Origin: Adineta vaga
Lineage: Eukaryota; Animalia; Rotifera
Reading direction: 5' to 3'
Length of the DNA stretch: 64,000 bases
Assembly: GCA_021613535.1 (NCBI GenBank)
Contig: CP075496.1
Location: forward strand, 10,044,001 to 10,108,000
Made by a program: the position numbers and the translations under genes
The notes under the pieces: generated by a model
What the model saw: the letters and a program-made list of their open reading frames with translations, nothing else
Database searches by the model: none
What the model was told of the DNA's origin: nothing
Shown here: positions 1-10,348 of the stretch, one piece after another
How the letters are laid out: every line of letters begins with the position of its first letter
Position numbering within the stretch: the first letter of the stretch is position 1

Positions 1-290
1 TGTTTATGGTTGAGAATTTGTCAAGAAATAAATATTTATGTGTAAATATTGATATAGAAGAGGCCAAAAATATTCGTCACTCTCGTCACTCTAGACTCCC
101 TAGTAAAACTCATGATTGTGTTCCGCAGCAACATCATCAATTGTTATTTATCACTGAATGGTCGGATAAACAAAATGGGGATTGTCGTTTCAAGTATACA
201 TATACACACTATCATGAAACTAAAACCAGTGCAACGACACCAGCCATCGATATTTCTAGACATGATTTACATTCGCCACGACAAACATAA
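1..290 (+). CDS. Possible 3' end of a gene entering from the left edge (unknown product)
   Basis: Open frame to TAA at 290, followed by AATAAA at ~313. No recognisable motif. Confidence 0.3.
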   Translation, partial: FMVENLSRNKYLCVNIDIEEAKNIRHSRHSRLPSKTHDCVPQQHHQLLFITEWSDKQNGDCRFKYTYTHYHETKTSATTPAIDISRHDLHSPRQT

Positions 291-2202
291 TACTGTCTGA
301 TTATCAATTCGAAATAAAGCTGTTTTTTTCTATTTGTTATATACTAGATACTGAGAATGAGCATGATTCCAATCGATTTGCTTCCTTTTAATTTATTAAG
401 TAATGTCTTTATTAGAAAATATTGCATCAGAATAAAGAAGTAAAAGTTCATTTTAACAATTTACTTTCCACAATGGGAGCGCACTGTTATTGCACAGAAG
501 CAATCAATTTTCATCTTGCACTTTTGTTTTACTCTACCTGCTCCTTCTTTTTATAATTAAATATATTGGTGTGTTTTCTTCAAGATGCTCTATTATCATT
601 CGATAAGAATTATTTCTAAAAAATATTCAAAGTACGTCAACAATATTCTATTTCATTGAATCATGAATATTTACGTCAGTTTGCATGTTTATACCATGGA
701 ATATGTGATTATAGTATTGATAGTTATGACAAATCAACTCGAAAATATAAGACCAAGCAATTTAATTATAATTTCTGTAGTTTACTTTTTCCGATCACAA
801 TTGCAAGTCAAATAAATTTATTAAGTATAACTATTTGCCTTTTAACCAAGATTATTTTTACGAAATGGTATTGATGTGAATGCTTTACGACAGACATCAT
901 TTGATTTGGCGATGAATAACGATACGAAACAAATACTTAAGAATAAAACAAAACTTAGTTTGAAATCGCTTGTATGCATTCGTTGATAATAATTATTAAT
1001 CTAATTAATGACAACAAGACTTTTAGAATAGATTTTAAAACAATGCTCGCATTTGTGACAAATTATAGTTATCATCGGCATGAATGACTGAAAAATAAAA
1101 GTTTATTAATCGAAAGATTCATATGAAATGCTATGAGACTACGACAAATCTATGCAACAAATTTTTTAATTTTTTAAGAAAAAGGAAACTTTACTATACC
1201 AAATACAATTATCTTTTTTAGCTTTGATAATATTTTAATGTCATCAGTAGATGGCTCTCCATAGCACTCATCTAGTTACACACATAACATTGACTGAATG
1301 TCCTTGATCCTTTTTTTGTATACGGCTACATCGTATGGTCGTGGTTGATCGATTTTCAATCGTTACTGTTTTTCTCTATCTGTAACGGCACCTTTCTTGT
1401 TTTTTTATTATTGTGATCTATCATACCTGTTATTTATTATGGTAATAAAACATCTTATTTACAGATATTATTATTGATCATTATTTGATATGTCATCGAA
1501 CGACAAGGAAGTATGTTAATAATTATTTGAAAGTTAATATGATCTTTTTTTACGATAGTATTGGACCTATAAAGTATGATTCTATTTTGATAGTAGAATA
1601 ATTTCCAAAACTGACGAGTTCACTAATGAAAGTAATGGTAATTATAGTTGTATCTTCTTCTACAAACATGCACGACTCTCAATTAGATAAAAATCTATAG
1701 AATAATATATGAGTGTTTTGAAGTTTACTATTAATTAGAATTACTTAGTTGGTAGTTTTTTTTTGAGAATCAGTTCTAGTCGATGAAGCAAAGTTTCGAA
1801 TTATTTCAGTCAATCGAAGTAATGTTTCATCATGTTTCTGAAAATTATCATTTTTGTAAGATGAAAAGACTCTTACTTAGTCTTTATAAAATTTCACCTA
1901 TCGTATAGTCAAAAATCATTATAGACTTCAAGGGTATCAAATGAAAATGATATTTAGAATCTTTTACGTTTCATTAGAGTGAACCGTTCCTATGAATTAA
2001 GAGAGAAAAAAACGAAGTTTAATTTTGGCAGTTGTTTGTTCTGGTTAGAGATACTAATGAAAATATCGACTTTTCTAAAAAAAATATCATCGATACAAAC
2101 TTCATCGAACTTATTTTTAGACATTCATCGACTTCAGCGTACGATTGCAATTCTTTTGAAACATTCGTCGTCGTTATATTATAGTTTGTATTACTTATAA
2201 AG

Positions 2203-3579
2203 ATGACTGAATGTGATAACTTACAAATTGGTAAAGAATTTCTTGCTAGTCAAAACTGGCCTTTCACCCTATGTAATCCTGGTTTCGATCGATGCTACTG
2301 TAATCGATGTTATCTATCAACTTACCGAGATGTTTATTCAATTGGTGGTCATCCATATGTCATTCCTCGAGGATGGACTCGTTTTGGTATACGCGTCGAC
2401 GAACCATTTGCTAAACATCATGATGTATGGAGAACATGGGCTAACTGTTATCATGGAACAAGTATTGAACGTGCTAAATCAATAGTTGAACATCGACAAT
2501 TACTTCTGCCGCGTGATATAACATTAGATGGTAAAACATTAGAAATACGTGCTGGTCATATTCCAGAAGAAATGTATTTATTTACAACACCAACGATAAG
2601 ATATGCTGCTCTTAGTTGTTATACTCAATCCTATATATTTACATCGTCGAAAACAAATAAACGGTATAAAATTAAAGTTGCACTTCAATGTAAACAAAAA
2701 CAAGATTCGTTTACTGTTCAAGGTGAAACTGTAGGTGCACGTCGACGACAAGTGACTATATGTCCACATATACCCAACGAGCAAATCGAATGGAAAACAC
2801 AACAACGTTCAGCTGTTATGCCATATGCATTGCTACTTCAGATAATTCCTGAAGAAGAAAAGAGTACTAAAATCCCAGAACATACTAAAGTTCCAGAGCA
2901 TACTAAACTCCCAGAGCATACTAAACTTCCAGAGCATACTAAAGTTCCAGAGCACACGAAAGTTCCAGAGCATACTAAACCCTCAGAGCACACGAAAGTT
3001 CTAGATCCTACTAAAAAAAAGTCTCGGCAAGTCACTTGTCCACAATGTTCACAAACAAATGTGTTAGATTATGGTAATTCCAAGGACGCGAATGTTATCA
3101 CTTGGGCTTGTAAAGCATGTAAGACAGTTTTTCGACAATTCAACTGTCCTGATTGTTCTGGTGCTAATATATGGAAAGATGCCGAATATAAAGAAGGAAG
3201 AGTTTATACATGTATACACAAAAATTGTAAGAAAAAATTCCAACAAATTAGCTGTCCGCATTGTGCTGGTGCTATAATGTGGAGCGATGTTGATTATAAA
3301 CAAGGAAAATTGTTTACTTGTCCATATGAAAATTGTAAGAAAACCTTTCAACAAGTGAATTGTCCACATTGTCATGGTTCGAATACATGGAATAATGGTA
3401 CTTATAAAGAAGGAAGAATCAATACTTGTGCATACAGTAATTGTAAGAAAACATTTCAACAGGTCAATTGCACACATTGTGCTCGATCTATCGTATGGAA
3501 AGATACGACTTATTCACTTGGAACACCTGCTATTTGTCCATACGAAGATTGTAAAAAAACATTTACAATAAATCCTTAA
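2203..3579 (+). CDS. NEURL4-type ADP-ribosyltransferase (PARP-like) domain + PEHTK repeat linker + tandem CxxC/Cx4C zinc-ribbon repeats; intronless
   Basis: CYCxxC, YVIPRGWTRFG, CYHGT, FTTPTIRYA, ALQCKQK, EQIEW and PYALL match the C-terminal ART-like domain of NEURL4. The C-terminal ~180 aa are ~36-aa repeats FQQ(V/I)xCPHC...W...YKxG...TCxxxNCKKxF. Confidence 0.8.
   Translation: MTECDNLQIGKEFLASQNWPFTLCNPGFDRCYCNRCYLSTYRDVYSIGGHPYVIPRGWTRFGIRVDEPFAKHHDVWRTWANCYHGTSIERAKSIVEHRQLLLPRDITLDGKTLEIRAGHIPEEMYLFTTPTIRYAALSCYTQSYIFTSSKTNKRYKIKVALQCKQKQDSFTVQGETVGARRRQVTICPHIPNEQIEWKTQQRSAVMPYALLLQIIPEEEKSTKIPEHTKVPEHTKLPEHTKLPEHTKVPEHTKVPEHTKPSEHTKVLDPTKKKSRQVTCPQCSQTNVLDYGNSKDANVITWACKACKTVFRQFNCPDCSGANIWKDAEYKEGRVYTCIHKNCKKKFQQISCPHCAGAIMWSDVDYKQGKLFTCPYENCKKTFQQVNCPHCHGSNTWNNGTYKEGRINTCAYSNCKKTFQQVNCTHCARSIVWKDTTYSLGTPAICPYEDCKKTFTINP
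2875..3018 (+). repeat. Coding 18-bp minisatellite (CCAGAGCATACTAAAGTT; PEHTK[V/L]) x7 plus one degenerate unit
   Basis: Directly visible tandem repeat. Confidence 0.95.
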
Positions 3580-3990
3580 TTAGAATATTCAACATTTTTG
3601 TGGAACTCATTGTATCATACATTTACCACAGAATTAAATCTATCGTTAACTTATGTAATATACTTAGTACTTATTCAGAATTTTTATTTTCTAACAGTAA
3701 TATACATATCAATATAACTAGGCTTAATGAATATGCTTTGAAATGAGAATCTGTTTTTGAACAAAAAAAATGATTCTCGAGTATCGCAATTTCAATACAT
3801 CGATTGGTTCCATTGTTCTGAAACGATGATAAAAAAATATTCACACTATATATTTGAATCTCTTACAACCTGTCCGTTCAAGAATTGTTACGAGAGCGAT
3901 TTACTGTGATTGCCATAGAGCAAAATTTTTGTTTGATCAATCAATCATTATATTCTATTGAACTAATAATTTATTATGAAAGCTTTTGAT

Positions 3991-4998
3991 TCAATATTTT
4001 CGTGCATAAACGAAGAAGAAACAGAGCAATAGACTGATAATCATTCCGATCTCATTATATAATGAAATATTAGCAGTATTATTCGGTTTGATAGTAGTTG
4101 AAGTAACTACTTCACCTGCAAATGTGTTCATATCAAAATTCATTCTATAGAGTGATTGAACTTCTTCTTGTTTCTTTTCGGAATTACAGTTTGGCAATGT
4201 GCAGGTATACCAGAAACTGAATGTAACATTTCGATTTTTGATCCAATAGATCTTGCGATGTTCGAATTCAGCCCATACGGTTGTTTCGAGTGGTACAGCT
4301 CAATAACAAGCACCACACATGTAATCAGCACATGTTCTTGCTTCTGCTTTTACACATGTTGATATTGATGAATTAGAATGATTACCAGGTACATGGCAAG
4401 GCAAACAAAAAGGTTCAATAAATGATGATCCACTATTTTTTATGAAACTATCATATGTTATTGATTCGTTAACGGCGATCGTTTGATTAGCAGCAAGCAA
4501 TTTCATAATGCGATCAAAATCAAAATCGATCATCGTTGCATTCAAAACTCGTTTCATATTTTCCAATGTATTACATTTATCGGTTGAACAAAAGTAATAT
4601 ATGTAATCCATTCGAATACTTCGACGATCAAGTTTTCTGGATGCGATTTGCAATTCGATTCGTTCTTCACTTCGAACTGACGGACTTGTATCAAATCCGA
4701 TAAGATCTAAACGCAATTTATTTGCCCATGTCACTGCTGTTGAAGGTGATTGGCCATGATAATAATCAGATTCAATCCATATTTGAAACCCACATACGAC
4801 AGAATTATTCTTTATCGTTAAATCAGTTTTGCATTTGGAAGGTGTTAATAATTCAAGACTATCCACTGTCAATGGAAGTGTTATTGAGTCTGGATATACA
4901 TAACTACATGTATGACATTCGATGGATTGCGTTTCTGATACGCAGAGTAATGTAAAAAATAACTTTAATATAATATGAAGATTAGCGATTGAAGATAT
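3991..4998 (-). pseudogene. Secreted/GPI- or TM-anchored Cys-rich protein with two Ly6/uPAR-like modules; interrupted by an in-frame TGA and lacking an ATG
   Basis: One frame runs from ATA at 4998 through a signal-like LHIILKLFFTLLCVSETQS, then IECHTC..FCSTDKCN, TGA at 4302-4300, YTCTLPNCN, and a hydrophobic C-terminus ending at 3991. Confidence 0.65.
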
Positions 4999-5383
4999 GT
5001 CGTTTTTTCCTTTTCGTTAAATGTTTTTATAACGAAAAACACGTGTGTGTGACCCTTCTTTTTTATATGTTATCTAAACGAGTGAATAATTCTTTGTCAC
5101 ATCTACATTGTTTGCGCAATTACACATATTTTATCAATTCGCTACTCTTTGACTCTATGAATCAGATGAGAGATTTTTCAAATGACGTTTGTCAACACTT
5201 TTATTGCATAGGTAAATTTTGATATAAAATGATTCCCTTTTTAATTGTACTTCTTTTAATATCATACGAAAAACTTTAAAAAAAAACTCGCAAGAGACAC
5301 GAATCATCTTAGAATATATAAATAGAATTTGATGTCTTGTCACATTTCATGAGAAACAAAGTTGATCGAATCTTTTATTTATT

Positions 5384-5478
5384 TGTTTACGGGGTGAGGG
5401 TGGGTGTGGGTGGGTGAAGAAGATATGCTCACATCCACCCATCCCACTGCCCTCGTCCACACCCACACCCTCAAAACA
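5384..5478. repeat. Short GC-rich imperfect inverted repeat built from telomere-like TGAGGG/TGTGGG/TGGG units (MITE-like or interstitial telomeric relic; G4-capable)
   Basis: GGGGTGAGGGTGGGTGTGGGTGGGTG ... CCACCCATCCCAC..CCACACCCACACCCTC, flanked by TGTTT/AAACA, in an AT-rich background. Confidence 0.6.
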
Positions 5479-5986
5479 ATACAACTACAGTGCAAGAATT
5501 ATTGGAAAAACTTTTATTTTTTGTTTCTGATGGTTAATTTAATGAAATTTTAAACGTTCTTCTAAATTATATTTCATCATTCATACTTTTAACTATAGTA
5601 ACATTGTCGATTTTTTTTAGTGAGAGAATATTTTTTAAATGATATTTTTATGAAGGACATTCTTGATTGTACTCTAAATTTCCATTTGGATTTTTACTCG
5701 TTTACATGCATTCATCATTATATTTTTCTTGTAATCTTCATCTAAGAATAGCTCATCAATCCTATTCAATTGTTTAGAAAACAACCATAATTACACGAAT
5801 GTATATGAAATAATATGTATTCATAAAAAGAAATTAGAGGATAATTGAATAGTGAAACTAAGACAGTATTCATTATCTCACCACTTTCACTATATATATA
5901 TATATATATATATACGCTTCTTTTTACTAGAATATCTCGTTCGTAAACGTGCTTGTGATATTCCAAAAACTATTTTAATTTACGGA

Positions 5987-6964
5987 ATGTCAAACACAAA
6001 TGTAACAATATTGTACATAGCTTCATTACAATACATATCAGGACAAATAACTCTGTACATGTCAATGATCATTCTCATTTCTGGTATAGTTGGTAATATA
6101 TTGAATTGTTTAGTATTTACACAACGATCTATTCGTTCAAGACCATGTGTTATCTGTTTCTTTCTGGCTAGTATATTGAATTTGATTGCGCTTGTTTCAG
6201 GTATTACACCACGTGCATTTCAAAGTTTCTTTATGATGCCAGATCAAACAGAAACAATACCCATGTTCTGTAAACTGCGATTATTTGTCGTTTACACAAC
6301 ACGTACAATTTCCTCATGGCTTCTTTCTCTCGCAGCTATCGATCGTTATTTAATTTCAAGTTCAAATATTAATCGACGTCAACTGAGTAATATTAAAAAT
6401 GCTTGCCTTTCAACATTCATTATTAGTATTCTATCGATTCTAATTTGGATTGAAGTTTTTTTTTGTTTCGACGCTAATCTTATTGGTACTCCTCAAAAAT
6501 GTTATGCAAAATCTGATGCATGTCGTGTATTCAATGATCTAGCACAATCACTTATTACAACAATTATTCCATCTTTAGTAATGCTCTTAGCCGGTTTATT
6601 TACCATATCTCATGTTCGAGATTCACAACGGACTGCACCATCTTTAGAAAATGTGAATAAAAATACTATTCGTCGAAATAGAAAAGATGAACGTAGTCTA
6701 ACTTTAATGTTAATAGCACAAGTTATTCTTCTGACAATATTCACATTTCCTCAAGCAGGACAAAAATTTTATCTAACTTACACATTCTATCAAATAAAAT
6801 CATCAACTCAACGAGCATTAGAAAGTTTACTTTTCAATTTTGTTCTACTTCTAACATATATTCCAAGTTGTATGCCGTTTTATTTATATACAATAACCGG
6901 TACTATATTTCGAAAAACTCTAATTACATTATTTAAAAAACTCCTGTTTTTAAACAACAACTAA
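5987..6964 (+). CDS. Orphan rhodopsin-like (class A) GPCR, intronless
   Basis: Seven hydrophobic segments, GNILN in TM1, AAIDRY, TFPQ in TM6, PFYLY..G..FR. The start MSNTNVT at 5987 carries an N-glycosylation sequon. Confidence 0.9.
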   Translation: MSNTNVTILYIASLQYISGQITLYMSMIILISGIVGNILNCLVFTQRSIRSRPCVICFFLASILNLIALVSGITPRAFQSFFMMPDQTETIPMFCKLRLFVVYTTRTISSWLLSLAAIDRYLISSSNINRRQLSNIKNACLSTFIISILSILIWIEVFFCFDANLIGTPQKCYAKSDACRVFNDLAQSLITTIIPSLVMLLAGLFTISHVRDSQRTAPSLENVNKNTIRRNRKDERSLTLMLIAQVILLTIFTFPQAGQKFYLTYTFYQIKSSTQRALESLLFNFVLLLTYIPSCMPFYLYTITGTIFRKTLITLFKKLLFLNNN

Positions 6965-7213
6965 TTATATCATTTCGAATTACCATAAATAAAACTATTG
7001 ATGATATAAGAAAAGCAAAAATCTGATTACATGCTAAATAAATGACACCACAAGTTTGTTTAACTCTTTTATAAAATACGCTCCGATATTTCTTTATTAT
7101 TTCTGTGCTTTTGATCACAGTACATGTTAAATCTTTCTGAACAGATGAAGAAAAAATACAAGATATATTCGTTCTACCACAGTTAATGAATTTTATTTTT
7201 TTCCGGAAAAAAA

Positions 7214-7894
7214 TCAAAAAGTATCGTACATATTTAATAAAATCAGTTTCTTCTCATTCTGTTGTAATAATAGTTCTACAATTGAAGCGAGTGTATCAAT
7301 TCGACTTTCCATATAACTAATTAGTTCACTTTGTTTTTGTCGATAATTTTCTCGTTCATCTCGAATTTTGTGTAACTGAATACGTAAACAATTTATTTCA
7401 GTATGTTCAACTTGATATTGCCTTTGAAAATCAGTAGCACATTCGTTACATTTTAATAAAACGAATGGACATCCACGATAATGTTCATTAAAATTCATTT
7501 TAGTAAATTCTGCACTACATCCCGAACATGTTTTCAATCGATAATCACACGTTTCCTCGTGCGTTTCAAGATTATTGTATGGTAAACTTTCGGAACATCC
7601 ATGAGGTTTGTATCGACAAGTAATTTGTAGTTTAGACAAAGCATACATGTTTCCTGATGGACATTTTCGTTGAATATATTCATGATTATCGTGTGGACAA
7701 AGATGTGGTTCAGCCGCGTCGACTTTCCAATTTTTAATACATGAAATACAGAATGGTGTATCGCACGTTTGACAAGCAATCGGTAACCATAAAACTCCTT
7801 GACATAAAGAACATATAACAAGTTTTGGTATTGATAATGCAACAGCACGATCTTTTAGTAAATAAGGTTGATCACGTATAAAAGAGTCAGACAT
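7214..7894 (-). CDS. RING + TRAF/Sina-type zinc fingers + coiled coil (E3 ligase-like, no MATH domain)
   Basis: CSLC..P.ACQTCDTPFCISCI..W....CP RING; CRYKPHGC..LETHEETC, CSGC..EHYRGC and CNEC..EHTEINC fingers. Confidence 0.85.
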   Translation of the reverse strand: MSDSFIRDQPYLLKDRAVALSIPKLVICSLCQGVLWLPIACQTCDTPFCISCIKNWKVDAAEPHLCPHDNHEYIQRKCPSGNMYALSKLQITCRYKPHGCSESLPYNNLETHEETCDYRLKTCSGCSAEFTKMNFNEHYRGCPFVLLKCNECATDFQRQYQVEHTEINCLRIQLHKIRDERENYRQKQSELISYMESRIDTLASIVELLLQQNEKKLILLNMYDTF

Positions 7895-8397
7895 TTGCGA
7901 AAAGAGAATATGTTGTATATGACGAAAGTCAATTGTTTATAAGAATAAAACTTATCTACATTATTTTTCTCTTGGCTTAAAAGTAAAGAAGAGAAGGCAC
8001 ATGATTTTTGTGACTTCATTGAAAATTTCCAAGATGAATCATTATTATAGAGATAAACATAAAGTAAACGATAAGATGAATTGACTGCGAAAAACAAATG
8101 TGTCGTCATTTCATCTTTGAAGACTTATGATGAAGACATTATAAATACTATTATACTTTGTTAATTAAAACTAACTTTTCAGAATTTGCAAAACATGTGA
8201 CATCTTTTGCGAGTGTTGTTTCGTACTTCTGTCTGAAGAAAAGGTAAATATTATAATGATAAAACACTTACAAGCAAAGATAACTAAGGATGATGATGTC
8301 TTTACTGTAATTAAAATAGTTTATGATTATTATATTTTGTAGATAATAATTTGCATCATATATAAAACCAATTTTTATATAACTAACATTTGAATTT

Positions 8398-9821
8398 ATG
8401 GATCTATCATCTAATTTATTGGCAGATACAGAAATATTCCAACCATGGCAATATATTTTTAATGAACTCATCCAAAGAAATCGTCAATTGAACGAAAGGA
8501 TTACTCAACTTGAACAACAAGCCAATCAACTCACTGAAGTACATGTACATATTAAAGATTTACAGACTACAAATCAACAATTGAAAATAGAAATCAATGA
8601 TCATATTCGACGATCTTCTGAAGATAGATATAAGCAAGATAATCAGATTTATATGAAACAATTGGAAGAAGCTATGATTTCTCTTAACAATTGTATTCTT
8701 CAATTAAATATTCGAGTCAATACCAATGAAGTTCAAATAGAAAAATTAACGAATGAAAATAAACAATTAAAAGAACAAGTTAATGTCTTACAAAAGTATC
8801 CTCAAGAAATGTCAGAACAATCAAACAATTTCCATTTGAATTCCAATGAATCTTTTACAGAATCATATGAACAACGAAAGACAGTTCTAGGATATGCAAT
8901 TGATAAGATAAAACATATTTTAGGTAAAAGAAAGAATTTAATAGTTTGATAACATCATTTTCTTGGTCATTTAGCTGAAAAAACAGGTGGATCTGCTGTT
9001 AAATCATGTATAAATAACGAGATCGATCAAATACAAGAAACAAAACAGAACATCAATGAAAAATCAGGTAAACTCAAATGCAAGAATGTAAAGAATGCAT
9101 TTCTCTCTCTGCTGAATGCTTTATCAAAACTTTTGTTTTTATTTTTTTAGAGATTAGTAAGGAGAGAAACACTACTTTTCTAGAGAACATACAACAGGAT
9201 AATCGTTTGTTGACTCTGGATTTAAGTGGACGAGAACTAGCAGATGAAGATATAAGAGATGTTGTTCAGGCGTTGCATATTGACAATCGATACACAGGTC
9301 TTGCCTTACATCATAACAAAATTACTTGCATTGGTGCTGCAATGCTAGCCGAAGCGTTAACTTCTAATAATATATTAACACAATTGTCGCTGTCAGTTAA
9401 TCACATAGATGATGATGGTGTTTATGCTTTGGTTAAAACTCTTTCCATTAAGAACCAAACTCTAACAGGATTATACCTTGGATATAATCGAATTACTGAT
9501 AACGGTGCGAAATCTCTCGCTCAAATGTTGCAAATAAATACATCTCTAACATATCTTCATCTATCTGGAAATAATATAAGTAACGAAGGAGTTCGTGTAT
9601 TATCATATGCAATAGAACATCATAATTCTACGATAGAATCTTTATCGTTGGATTCGAACAAGTTATTGACTGATCTAAGTGTAGAATTCCTTTTGCAGAT
9701 GATTAGATATCACGGTTCGTTGAAGAAACTTCATCTGGTCAATTGTAGTCTATCTCAAAAAGGCAAAGAACGGCTTCTCAAAGCACAACAATGTAAAGAA
9801 AATTTTCAAATATTTGTGTAA
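8398..9821 (+). CDS. Coiled-coil + RI-like (NLRC3-type) leucine-rich repeat protein, 3 exons
   Basis: Exons 8398-8923, 8975-9067 and 9151-9821 join in frame across GT-AG introns. Repeats LxxLxLxxNxIxDxGAxxLA; Q/E/N-rich heptad N-terminus. Confidence 0.85.
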
Positions 9822-10348
9822 ATAATTCAGTTTTTTTGTTAAATAAAAATTCTATAAATTGAAATGCTTCGACGATTTTAGAGGAGCTTGTCGTCAACAA
9901 AGATAAGCAACATCGTGGATTTTTCATCATAATTTTTTCTTTTGTCGTTCTGTTTCTTATGTTGCATAATACACGTGACTTTCTATTCCAATATTATGAA
10001 GCCAATTGTAAAAGAACACTTGTAAAGTCTTGTGAAAATTTCCAAGCACGGCGATTCACCTATTTTAGTTCCTTCATATTTGCTCAATTTGGAAAAAAAC
10101 AGAGATTAGCAAATAAATCGAATTATTCATACAAAAATCAAAAAGATTTGATTTACTCATGAACAACCAAAAGTGAATTGCTCGAGTATAATTCTTCTGT
10201 AGAGTGTAAAGTTTTTTCTTTTATATAATGCCGACATACATACTGAAACTGGAAAAAACCATTTTATAAGAACTTTTCTTCAACACATTTTATATTTTGA
10301 TCACTTTGGATAGATTTTCTTACTGAGGACAGTATTATATTAGAATAA

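Noticed and set aside
2838-3477. Antisense ORFs over the ART/Zn gene (e.g. VCSGT repeats)
   Set aside because: Shadow frames of the repetitive sense-strand coding sequence.
5852-5986. N-terminal extension of the GPCR ORF
   Set aside because: Starts at a non-ATG codon and runs through a (TA)n microsatellite; ATG 5987 is the plausible start.
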